A DNA stretch of 64,000 bases from Azolla caroliniana (lineage: Eukaryota > Plantae > Polypodiophyta). The notes beneath the pieces are model-generated. The model was not told the DNA's origin. It ran no database searches and saw only the letters and a list, made by a program, of their open reading frames with translations. This document shows, piece after piece, positions 10,689-22,600 of the stretch (the first letter of the stretch is position 1; each line of letters begins with the position of its first letter). A program made the position numbers and the translations under genes. The DNA is taken from NCBI GenBank assembly GCA_043228905.1, contig JBHGNT010000022.1, positions 11,160,001-11,224,000 of the forward strand, given 5' to 3'.

Positions 10689-12499
10689 ACAAACTAAATG
10701 AAAAGAAAAATCAAATGAGAAAAGAAATCAATCATTGATTTTGTTAGTTTTTTATTATACAAAATGTATTCGTACCTGAAGAGTTTGTTGTTAAGGTCCC
10801 AAAGACTTTAAATCGGCATGGATCGATTTTATTTTCTTCTTCCCAGATTGTTCTAATGTGATCTTCTGTTTTTTTAATGTATGACATTGTGTTAGTTCTT
10901 ATTTGTGCGCTGAATATACATGCGCAGAGAAAGCAGTTAGCTCTCAAGGTCTTCGGTTATACAATATGGTCATTCTTTTGGCCGCTTTATCATTTCTTGT
11001 AATTGTTACTTGTAGTAATTGAATAAAAGCTTCATATATGAAGTATAAAATGAACTCTTTCTGCATTGAATAAAATTCAAACTCACCTAGTTTGCTAAAA
11101 GAATCAACATGTGCTCTCTGTTTTACTGTAAAGAATCCAAACCTTAATTGTTTTAATGATAAAAAAAATCCCTACCTTGGATTGTCATGTAATGAAGTTT
11201 AGGTAACAAGTTGGATATGCACATTATATAGAGACTAAAGCAATCATCTCCTAAAACTGTTTGTCACCCATTGCAGTGATTTCATTTCATTGGAATGCAT
11301 GTCAAATTTCTGGGTTTGATTCCATTCTCCCTCTAGATGATCCAAGCATGTCGTTTTAGAATTAAAACAATTTGTTGCAAGTTGTGAATTGAACTTTATT
11401 CTACTTGTGAGTGTATGTGGTTTATTTCTCTCCTGTGGATTTTAATAATGTGTTTGTCGCCCATGGATCTGTTTATATCTTCTATCTGTATGTCTATAAA
11501 TGGTGTTTCCCAACAATCTTTTTCACTGCTCTCATTGTGTGAATGTGGATTTTAAATCAAAACATTGGAGAGTTCTTCCATATCAATTCAAAATTTCAAC
11601 CACAAAACTCCCCATTTCTTTTGCATAGATGTGATCTCACACTTCAACCGAATAAAATTACATATTCTCATTACTTCTCCAGCAATATTCACAGCATCCA
11701 AATTCTATATAGCCTTGCTACTCATGCCTTTCATTATGAGGACATATTGTATATTTAAAAGGTGGGAACCATGGAATGTCTGAGATTCAAATGCAACCAC
11801 TAGACACCAAAAAGGCATGGTTATGAGCAAGCAAAGGCCCTCATGTTAATCTTCCAAGTTGAGGAAGATTCGAACTTCATCTGCTTTTGGAAATAGCTTA
11901 ACATTTAGGTCACCATTCTCGAACACACTATTGAATATGGCATCTCCTGATTCTCTTTTCCATAAACCTGAACAGGTAAAGCTGTAGGTCGACCTTTTAA
12001 AACACTGCAATGTCAGCTTCATTTCAGGCTACATAATGTGTACATCAAGGATTTTCCTCTCATTCTCATTCTAAATCAGTTAGGTTCTTAGAGAGAATAT
12101 CGATTTTATTTCCCATTATGACATATCTTAACAGGATCAAAGAGATTTTTATCATATTGACCTTTGACAGCCAGTCTCAGTTTATTATTTAATTGCCCAA
12201 CAGCTTCTATAGGATATTGTGAAGCATTGGAACTGGCTTCTATCCCAATAATGACCAATTTCAGAATTTACAAACATTGACCATCTCACCATCTGCTTAC
12301 ATTTCCAATAACAAACACTTTACTTCTTCTGTATCTGGTGATAATAAATCATCTCTACTATTGCAATACTACAAGTTTACTTAACTTCTTTTGGGATAAA
12401 GAAACACATCTTCCCTGAACTTGAAATACCAAACAATTTCTATATAGCATAACCAAATACGAAGTAGTTTATCTCATACAATACACATCAAAGACTCCC

Positions 12500-15400
12500 T
12501 AACAACTCTCTTTCTTTTAACTGATAATCAGGAGGGATTTTCTGTGGAGAGATTTCACAACCATTAAATTTGGATAGAGATTGATTGATTAACAAAATGC
12601 CAAAACAATCAATCAGGTTCCAAAAGGACTCAATTAAATTAAAAGGAGCTAGTATACGATCCTTGCATCACCCCAGGTTTTGAAAGATTCATATTAATGT
12701 CAGCAAGCTCTAACTGTCAAGAAGCAAAAGCCAAACAGCATTGTGGAACTTGCAATGATGTATTCAGTTCTACAGTGTAAAACATGGCCTTTTTTATTCT
12801 ACCACCGAGTGGCGGAAGACTAAGTTGCAATGATTTCACTTGGCAGATTGAAACAGGTTGGAGTAAACTATCATGACAAAAGCTCACTGTAACGGATTTG
12901 TTTTCTAAAAAGAAGTAAAGAAGGCTTGTTCAAACTCGTTGCGTAGCGCTTTAGTACCAGTAGAGCCAGAAGATTTATAATAGAATGAATACTACACATG
13001 AAGATCCCCAAGGTGATTTTTAATCAGACATTTGGTGTTCACTGTTTTGTGCAAAGATTGTAAACGCTTTAATTCTTTAGAAGAAACGAGGGCAAGACAT
13101 GACATAAAAAGCACCAACGTGATGGACGACATGAATGTAATGAAGAATTAATATCCTTTAGAAACCTACAGGCGATCTGTGCAAACTTGAATTAAATAGA
13201 GAAGAAGGCTTCTTTTAGAATAACCAAAAGCTGAGTTCAACACTCGACTCTTTTGTCATTGCATCGACCTTGACAAAAACATTTCAAACTGGGGCCTCTT
13301 AAAACAAAAGACTGCTCTTACTGAGACAGTTCCAACACATAACAAAAAGCTGCAAAATATGACTTCAAAAAAACCAACCAGATTGTCTTTAATTTTGTTC
13401 ACAATGGCACTATACTCTGAAACCCTCTTTCCAAATTTTGGGCTTCAACAAATTCAACAATTCCATTTTGAACTAATTGAAACCATGCCCAGAAAGACAG
13501 CTTTGTTTTCCTGTGGCTGCATTGTAACCTGAATTCCACCTGATTAGAGTTTACATAAGAGAAGATTGTGATACAGGCTTGATCATAAAAAAACCACATT
13601 TGTATCCTCAGCTTTTGGATGAAATCATGGATATTATAAGCCTTATGATTGTGTACCAAGTATGAAATTTCTGGCATACAAAAAGCTAATCAAATGATCT
13701 AAAACGAAACAAATATTCTGCAATGCAGAATCACATACATGAGAACTCTGTTTAAAAAGAGAATAGTTCTAGTAATATTACTTTACCATCTTAGAATCCT
13801 ATGGCCTAGATATGGATGCTGAAAACATAAACCAAAGACCATTAAGATATGTGAGTACGACGTTCAACATCTAATGGTTCTGTAAACTTACAACCAAAAA
13901 ATGGCTGATTTAGAGATTTCATTGTCTATTTATTGAGTGTCAAACCATCCACAAAGTCCATGATATGCAAGATACTGCAGTGTTTTACAGTAAGACAGGG
14001 ATCCATCCCGTAGTTCTAATCCATGTTGAGTAGTCAAGTTGCAAGTATTCAGGAGGTATTCTAATTGTTCATGGATTGATATTGCTGGAACCTTCGTTAG
14101 TAGCTCATGCACCTTCCTTGCAGAAAGACTTGTTTTAAGAGGTCATTGATCGATGGCAATGAAATCACAAATATATATTGTTTTTCCTTTCAAGGAGCAA
14201 GCTGCATTCATGAAATGCTGCCAATAATAATAAAATGTACAGTGCATCATATTTAAACAAGGGGATAGTAATTTGACAAATGAAATGGCATAGCATAGAA
14301 ATGAATGATATAGCTACAACGCCTAGGGAACACTACACATTCCCACAGTTCTTTTACATCCTACAAATATTGCTAATAAGACTTCTCAAGAACTAGGACA
14401 TTGAAATCCTCCATCCCAAGTGATACCCACATGCAATTCCATGGTTTGACTGTGCCAGTCACTATTATTTCATATTTCAGTTCTCCATCTCTGCAAAGAA
14501 GTCCAACACCCTCTCCGGATAGAAATCACTCTCTTTTTCTCGTATTATATTCTGCAGCGTGACATATCCAATAACCCTTTTCTATTTATCAATGGCATAA
14601 ATCAACAATATGATGCTCTTATGATGATGACATAAGCTACAAAGTTTGGAGTGCTTGAGGGTTGAGTTAGCCAGCCAGGAGGGATATGAATGGCTCAAAG
14701 ATATAATGAATGGATCCTCCTTACTGAGGATGGTTTCACCATGCTTCAGCAGTCTAAGGTTGAAAACAGATACTGGGGCATTTTGGCGACTGTACTCCAC
14801 ATAAACAAGAAGAAGATGAATATAATCACGTATGCCAAGATGTCCACAACCATGTATCTTTGGAGATCTGAGCCAATTTATATAAGAATATGAATCAGTT
14901 TCTATCCATAACAATCAATATCTCTCTCTGTTTAACTATAGGACAAGCATCCCAAAATGGCGATCCCTCATCACTCTCTATGGTAATAGATGTCAATGAA
15001 ACGGAAAGGATGGCCATCCATAATGGTAGACAAGGCGCTGTGATGAGAAAAATGTGGTTATCGATGTTCACATGCAAATCATACAGACAGCTACTATCTG
15101 GTTGCCAACTTGTATATGATCAGAATAGCTTCACTGTATATCATTCCATGTGATGCACCACGGTATTATCACACATTTTGCCAGCAACAACCATTAAGAG
15201 TTCATATACATACATGTTAATATATATATTTACAGTTGAAGAATCATCCAGACATTATTATATACGGTTGAAAAATTAGGGCCGGTTTTATGCATAAATA
15301 TGAGCTCGTTGCCCCATGTTCTATTTTAACATGAGTGTGGCTCATATTCTGGAAGCGATAGAATTCTTGAATAATAGAATGAAGACTAACCCCTTATATG

Positions 15401-15870
15401 ATTCTGCTTCATTATAAGTGGCCAGATCCCACTCTCATTCCTGTTGCAGATAAAGTACCTTGCAAATTCATCGATCTGGCACATCCTCGTTTTGGGTCTC
15501 TTTGTGGAAAATCATCCGGACGTGGATTGAACAATGCAACCTTTTCATGCCAAAGTCTAAAACAAATGATTACTCTTTTCCATATCACCTCAATCAACAA
15601 ACATATCAAATATATTAGCATTCTGATCATGCAGTTAGAAAAAAGTTTCGCATCTTGCAAACATGCAACTATCATATATAAAAGAGGTGATGAAATCCAA
15701 TAAAACGAATTTCAAGGTATTAGAATACAATAAAATAACAAGCACATTCTGGTGTGAACCTTACTCTTGTACTTCTGAAGCGACTTTCTTTGACAGAACC
15801 ATATTCCCACAATTAGTGCCTTACAGTTCCCCACAATCTGGCCTCGTGATTTTCCACCATCAAGCTCCTC
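12500..15870 (-). pseudogene. NRPA2: Decayed, internally deleted genomic duplicate of NRPA2 (exons plus introns)
   Basis: The reverse strand is collinear with the intact gene: exon 4 (~15760-15830), intron 4/exon 5 (15400-15680), exon 6 start (~15050-15100), intron 13 (14300-14900), exon 14 (14010-14120, KVPAISIHEQLEYLLNTCNLTTQHGLEL vs [28 protein letters not shown]), intron 14 (13740-13920), last exon and 3' UTR (12500-12900). Confidence 0.92.
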
Positions 15871-16589
15871 CATACTGTCACTCACACACCAAGCACTGAG
15901 GAATATCATTCGTTCTTACTTTATTTCATTATATTATATTATTTATTTTGTTAGTTATGAGAAGATTCTATTCACTACTTGCAATGAATAGTTTTCCATG
16001 TGGCATGCATTCAAATGAAGTGAAATTGGCACGAAGAGAAACAAATGGTTTCAGTAGGTCATTGCTTAAGTCTCTACATAAGGAGTACATCCGACTTGTT
16101 CAATATATTTAGGGAAGATCGTTATGATATACATGGCCAAGTAAACAAAAGAGAGCAATTCTAAGCTAGTTTTAAAAAGAAGGTGACTTTCTATTTCATT
16201 CAATGAAGAAAGCATTCACTTTTCCCTTAATATACAAAGAATATCTTCATTTCAAGAAGATTGAAGCTTTATTCAAATATGACAACCAACAATCAAAAGA
16301 AACATTTGAATAATCCTGTTGTCTACCCATGGACTCTGAAAAAAGAACTCTCTCTGTCATGTACATTCATATCAAAACGAAAAAGTTATGATTGTTTTGT
16401 CTCAATAAAAAAATAGGCATCCCATTCGAACTATCTGGGAAGAAGAAAATAAAACAATCCACTCCCATTTTAAGTCTCTGAGGCCTTAATAGAAAACTCT
16501 TACCAAGCAAAAACAAAATTTTGGAAGAGGAAAAATAGACAAATAATTGATTTCTCTGCTATTTTGATTTTTCTTTTCATTTAGTTTGT

Positions 16590-18824
16590 CTACTCATCCA
16601 CTTCAGCTTTGATCTCCCTTTGTAACTCTGTCTTATATTCCTCAAAAGACCCTGGATATTTCCTTACAGTCCCATTATCAACAATCCATATCTCGCTCTT
16701 CTCTTCATCTTCGCAAACTTGAGAGATCAGGCGAGAATCATGACTCACGAGCACTACTCCACCTGTAAACTTACCCAAAGCATCCGCTAAAGCATCGATA
16801 CTTTGCATATCCAGGTGATTGGTAGGCTCATCTAAGAGCAAAATATGAGGTTTTGCCATTGAAATGGCCGTGAACACAACCCTGGACTTTTGCCCTCCAG
16901 AGAGTTTTATGATAGGTGTAAGGTGATTATGGCTCGGTAAGCCAAACTTCCCCAACTTTGCTCGAACTGTTTCTTGTTTGCTTGGCCCTTCTTGATCCGG
17001 ATATTGCCTCAACAAATATTGCACTGGGGTCTCATCCATAGTAAGCAAATCCACAAAATGTTGAGAATATCTCCCGATCCGGAGCTTCTGGCTTCTTCGA
17101 CATTCCCCTTGTAATGGCTCTAGGTCACCTGCAAGCAGGTTAAGTAGAGTGGATTTCCCTGCTCCGTTCGGGCCCACTATGGCTACTCGGGTGCCCATAT
17201 CAATGCCGACATCGATACCCTTGAGAGCAAAATCTTCCCTCCCAGGATAGCTAAAATGAACCTCGATGAGTTGGAGAAGAGGTGGCGTCAGCTCAGTTGG
17301 TTCAGGAAAGTCAAATTGTACACTGTAATCTTTCCATTTCTTAGGTACTTCTACAATAGGGGTCTCATCCTCCTCTGCCCCAGATTTTCCTTTTCCCTTC
17401 GATCGAGCTTCTTTCCCCGCGGCATACTTTGCTCGATCTTTCACCTTGTCTTGTTGGGCTTTGCTTCCGCTCCTTTGCACTGCCTTTATTTGCTTATCAT
17501 ATGTCTCAAACTTCTTGTTCACTTCCTTGCGTTTTTGCTCATAACCCACTTCAAAAACGTCAAAATTTCCCCGATAGAGATGCAATTTCTCGTCGTGGAG
17601 GTGGATGATGTCCGTGCAGACGGAGTTGAGAAAATCGCGATCATGAGAAACCACCACGAGGGTCTTCTTCCACCTCAACAGATACTCCTCTAACCACAAC
17701 ACAGCTCGTAGATCCAAGTGGTTGGTGGGTTCGTCGAGCAGCAACAAGGTGGGTTGAACAAAGAGAGCACGGGCCAACGATATTCTCATTCTCCACCCTC
17801 CACTAAAGGATTTGGTGGCCCGCCCTTGCATGGCCTTGGTGAACCCTAATCCAGCCAATATCTTGGAAGCATGTGCTTCGGCTGCATCTGAACCCATCAT
17901 TTGAAGCTTTTCATAGACCTCGGTTAACTTCTCACCTGCTGTGTATATCTCGGGATCCTTCTCCTTACCATTCATCTCCTCTTCTTCGTCATCATCATCT
18001 AGAAGGGTGAGGTTCTGCAACCTTATTGCCTCTTCTCGGAGCCTGATGAGCTCTTCATTGGCCGATACGACGGCTTCTAAAGCGGTTCTCTCATCACCCA
18101 CGACCTCTTGCTCAACCAATAGAATGTCGATATTCTTTGGTACTGGGAGCTGTCGCCATGCAAGAAGCTTGAGAAGGGTAGATTTACCCTTCCCATTAGG
18201 ACCCACAAGTCCATACTTGTGACCATGAGCAATCTTAACCGAAGCATTCTTAAAGAGCTCCTTACCTCGTGCCGAGACCGAGAAATTCTCCACCGAGATG
18301 TCCTTGAGATTGGCATCGCCATCGCCATCTTCACCGTCGAGGATTGAGGTCCGGGACCCGACCACAACAGAGAAAGCACTCCTATCATCCTTGAGAGCTT
18401 CTTTCTTCGCTATCTCGGCCACGTGGGCAGCCATCTGATCCTTCTTCTCCTTTTTCTTGGCATCCTTCTCTGACGCCGCGCCCATCCCGGGACCAAATTC
18501 AGCCTGGTGCCTTCTTTTCTCCATCTCTTCTTCGCTGATCTCAGGTCTTTCATCTTCTTCATCGTCATCGGACGGGGGCAGATCGAGACCGGAGATGTAG
18601 TCATCTTGAGCTTTGGCTTGCTTAGGTTTAGGTTTAGGTTTAGGTTTGGCACCGGGGAGGCTGTCTTTACTCTTGCTATCGAGGCCAGCGAGGAAAGCCG
18701 AGACCGAGAGCCTCTCCTTCTTGGGTTGTTGCGAGTCTTTCTTGCTGTCTTTGGAAGAAGTGGAAGGCGCTCCTCTTCCATCATCTGCGAGTCTCTCTTG
18801 CTGGACCTTCTTCTTGGGACCCAT
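16590..18824 (-). CDS. ABCF4: ABCF4-like copy 2, intronless, with a foreign NRPA2-like N-terminus
   Basis: 744-aa ORF nearly identical to copy 1 from SSKDSKK onward. First 18 codons align with NRPA2 exon 1. Confidence 0.95.
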   Translation of the reverse strand: MGPKKKVQQERLADDGRGAPSTSSKDSKKDSQQPKKERLSVSAFLAGLDSKSKDSLPGAKPKPKPKPKQAKAQDDYISGLDLPPSDDDEEDERPEISEEEMEKRRHQAEFGPGMGAASEKDAKKKEKKDQMAAHVAEIAKKEALKDDRSAFSVVVGSRTSILDGEDGDGDANLKDISVENFSVSARGKELFKNASVKIAHGHKYGLVGPNGKGKSTLLKLLAWRQLPVPKNIDILLVEQEVVGDERTALEAVVSANEELIRLREEAIRLQNLTLLDDDDEEEEMNGKEKDPEIYTAGEKLTEVYEKLQMMGSDAAEAHASKILAGLGFTKAMQGRATKSFSGGWRMRISLARALFVQPTLLLLDEPTNHLDLRAVLWLEEYLLRWKKTLVVVSHDRDFLNSVCTDIIHLHDEKLHLYRGNFDVFEVGYEQKRKEVNKKFETYDKQIKAVQRSGSKAQQDKVKDRAKYAAGKEARSKGKGKSGAEEDETPIVEVPKKWKDYSVQFDFPEPTELTPPLLQLIEVHFSYPGREDFALKGIDVGIDMGTRVAIVGPNGAGKSTLLNLLAGDLEPLQGECRRSQKLRIGRYSQHFVDLLTMDETPVQYLLRQYPDQEGPSKQETVRAKLGKFGLPSHNHLTPIIKLSGGQKSRVVFTAISMAKPHILLLDEPTNHLDMQSIDALADALGKFTGGVVLVSHDSRLISQVCEDEEKSEIWIVDNGTVRKYPGSFEEYKTELQREIKAEVDE

Positions 18825-18904
18825 CTCTGGATGGGGTCTCCCTCAATCAGCAACAGGGAGGGCGAGGCAGGGCCTTGAAGGGCAAGAGGAAGAAGCAGAA
18901 GCAC

Positions 18905-18950
18905 AGAGAGAGTGTGTGTGTGTGTGAGTGAGTGAGTGAGTGAGAGAGAG

Positions 18951-18988
<38 letters not shown>

Positions 18989-19115
18989 GAGCGTTATTTT
19001 TCATGAGGTGTTTATCAATATAGAGAGAGAGAGAGTTTGTGTGTGTGTGTGTGTGTTTTGAGTGTTATTTTTCATGATGGGGTTTATCAATATATATATA
19101 TAGAGAGAGAGAGAG

Positions 19116-19165
<50 letters not shown>

Positions 19166-19204
19166 GAGTGTGATTTTTCATGAGGTGTTTATCAATATAG
19201 AGAG

Positions 19205-19241
<37 letters not shown>

Positions 19242-19685
19242 TTTGAGTGTTATTTTTCATGAGGGGTTTATCAATATATATATATAGAGAGAGAGAGTGT
19301 GTGTGTGTGTGTGTGTGTGGTTTGAGTGTTATTTTGCATGAGGTGTTTATCATAGAGAGAGAGAGTGAGAGAGAGATTGTGTGTGTGTGTGTGTGTGTGT
19401 TTTGACTCTCGAGTGTTATTTTCCATGAAAGGGTTTATCGAGAGAGAGAGAGAGAGAGAGAGAAAGAAAGTGTGTGTGTGTGTGTGTGTGTGTTATTTTT
19501 CATGAAAGGGTTTATCGAGAGAGAGAGAGAGAGAAAGAAAGTGTGTGTGTGTGTGTGTGTGTTATTTTTCATGAAAGGGTTTATCAATAGAGAGAGAGTG
19601 TGTGTGTGTGTGTGTGTGTGTGGAGAGGGAAAGAGAGAGAGAGAGAATGTGTGTGTGTGTGTCTGTCTGTGTGTTTTGCGTGTTT
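18905..19685. repeat. Compound minisatellite: about nine units of (GT)n-TTTGAGTGTTATTTTTCATGAGGGGTTTATC-(TA)n-(GA)n
   Basis: Core recurs at ~18985, 19056, 19161, 19241, 19320, 19400, 19490 and 19560, with a further unit at 23185-23240. Confidence 0.9.
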
Positions 19686-22600
19686 TTTTTGTTTTTTTTT
19701 TTCCAAAAACATATCCTCCATTGGTATTAAAGAAATCAATATACAAAACAGTCCGCTATTACAATCAATATTGCAACATATTTAAGTAAAAAACTTCTTG
19801 AACAGTCATGTAGCTTCAGCAATCCAGCCACCTTTATCGTCCATATTAATCAAGGAATTACCACCAATGACCTTTATTAATGGAGTCTATGCGACATATA
19901 TTTCTAAGCATTCCGTCTCTCATTTTGATTAGCAAACTACCACCATTAGAAATCCTTGCAATCTGATCGAAACTTTGTCGATGAATTCCAATGGTTGGCG
20001 TCGATGAATTGTTGCCACCGAAATCATAAGACCACTGAAGAGTCTGTTTTCTAGTATCTTTACAACATTCCATGAAGCCGCATCTTGTTAAGTAGACACT
20101 CCCTCGAGGTCTTTCCAAGTCCACTTAATAACAACCTTTGATAAGGACCACAAAATAATGTAGTGAACCATGTATTTACTCATCATTCCTTCAGTTTTTT
20201 ATGCAGTTTGCTCTTCCTTTGAACTTGTTAACCGAGCAGCTCATTGTGTTAAAACTCATTCTTGATCTGTAGTTGAGAACTTAAGAGTTCAAATGGATAT
20301 TCCACTACCTCCCAATGTTAAGAGCCCACGAAACATGTTTGACTGGATTATCTTCTTCATCGATGTCTCTTAGCTCAGCAGTGCAAAGCCATCGTTGATG
20401 GGAATGCTGAAATCCCCAAACCTTAGCAATATTGAGTGAAGTTGAAGTTGAATTGCAACCAAAAACGAATGCAGGATGTGGACTTATCAACGTAGAAGCC
20501 TTCGAAGACACAGATGCTCCAAAAGACGAATTGGTAACATTCTTTTCCGCCAGAGTTCTTGCATTTTAGAACTCAGACCTGGTTGTCCACCCTGTTTGTT
20601 GGTAGTCCTGCTTAACATATATACCATGTTTGTCCACAAGATATTGCTTTTTGGCAAATGTTTGTATATCAAGGCCTTCTTCATCTGTTGCGGTTGAAGA
20701 CACCAAACAGTCCATAATGCACATGTCATGATTGGCTGCCTAGGACAACCCCCATCTATCCTCTCCCATGACGAAACGACCATGTCCTTCATCTCCACGA
20801 TCATTGAAAATATATTTGTATTGAATCTCCTTCGCATCAACACTCTGGTTTATCACAACAGCCATGCGCCGGTTACACCACAATCATCTACCCAGTCAAA
20901 ATTATTTTATTAAAAATAAATTAGATAGTCGGCTTCGACCCCCCCACCATCTTCACTCATCCTTATCAGAGAATAATTTCTTCATTCAATCCACATCAGT
21001 CATCTCACCGATTATCATCTTGTTAATGCCAATGTCCACGAAAATCCTGTGTTAACAACCAAAAATTAGTCCAAAAGTTTCCTCACCCACTCCTGATAGT
21101 CGGCTTCGACCCCCCCACCATCTTCACTCATCCTTATCACAGAAAAATTTCTTCATTCAATCCACATCAACCATCTCGCAAATTAGCATCTTGCCTTGCC
21201 AATGTCCCCACAAATCCTGTATTAACAACAAAAAATTAGTGTAAAAGCTTCCTCACCCACTCGTGATAATCGGCTTCGATCTCCCCACCATCTTCACTCA
21301 TCCTTATCACAAAAAAAATTTCTTCGTTCAGTCCACATCAGCCATCTTGGCAATTAGCGTGTTGCCAATGTCCACGAAAATACTGTATTAACAACAAAAG
21401 ATTAGTCTAAAAGTTTCCTCACCCACTCTTGATAGTCGGCTTCGACCCCGCCACCATCTTCCCTCATGCTTATCACAAAAAATTCTTCAATCAGTCCACA
21501 TCAGCCATCTTGCCGATTAGCATATTGCCAATGTCCACGAAAAACCTGTATTAAAAACAGAAATTAGTGTAAAAGTTTCCTCATCCAGTCATGTTAGTCG
21601 GCTTCGACCCACCCACCATCTTCACTCATCCTTATCGCAGAAAAATTTCTCCATTCAGTCCCTATCAGCCATCTCGCCGATTAGCATCTTGCCAATGTCC
21701 ACGAAAATCCGCATCAATCAGTTGATTGTCATTGAGTATCCCCAATAGCTTAAACCTACAGAAACAAACATGAATGCACACTCTCGTGTCCTTATGAAAA
21801 TCATTATCAATCATTCCTCTCTAAGGTAAAGCATCATTATTAGTCATCCCTATCTAAGGTAAAGCATCTGCTATATTATCCGCACCAATCATATCAGAGA
21901 TTACCGCCAAAAGCTTATTTTATGAAAAGACTCTTGCTATGTGCCAGAATCACCTCTTCCATGTTGATTTATGTTGTGTGCTCTAAGGACGGTGCTGGTG
22001 GCGGGAACAACCAACGAGGTGGTACGTAATTCCACTTGACATTAGCCTCTGCATCCAACATGATAAGAATAGATGACCAAACTCTTCTAATGCTCCTTCT
22101 TTTTCGACTAGTTGTGTCTCCTGATCCCTTACAACTGTCATAATCACCTTTAACCGTATGTACCAATAGGTCCCAGAAAGACTTAAGTTGTTCTACAACA
22201 TGAGTATTTTCATCCTTGTATAGCTTGGAACACCTAGCTTTCCAAAGAACCCATAAACCCAAAGAGGAAACAATTTGCCAAACATAACTCTGCGAGAAGA
22301 ACTTGATTCCCTGCAAGGAACTTGAGCTAGCATATACTTGAAAACTTCTCACATGTAAAGACTAAGAAGAATGCTGATAATGATAAAAGGCCAATTGTTG
22401 ATCCAACATTCCCCAAAAGATTGCACCCCACGTGAAGAAAGCCGAGGTATAATTATGGCCTAAAAGCCTAAGAATTCGAAACCAAAACCTTTTAGCGAAC
22501 AAACATTCCCAAAATACATGATGCAATGACTCAGATGAAAACCCACACATAACACATGACCGATCACGCACTGAACCCCTGAATAGTTCACCTACTGGCA

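Noticed and set aside
8475-18824. ABCF pair as a haplotype or assembly duplication, or copy 2 as a retrocopy
   Set aside because: Flanks and N-termini are diverged, both copies are intronless, no poly(A) is seen, and homology extends ~650-700 bp past the stop codon. This fits an old DNA-level duplication.
20920-21710. Regularly spaced repeats (also 40360-41462 and 18905-19685) as possible CRISPR-like arrays
   Set aside because: Whole units are repeated, or spacers are simple microsatellites. There are no unique spacers or cas genes, and the context is eukaryotic.
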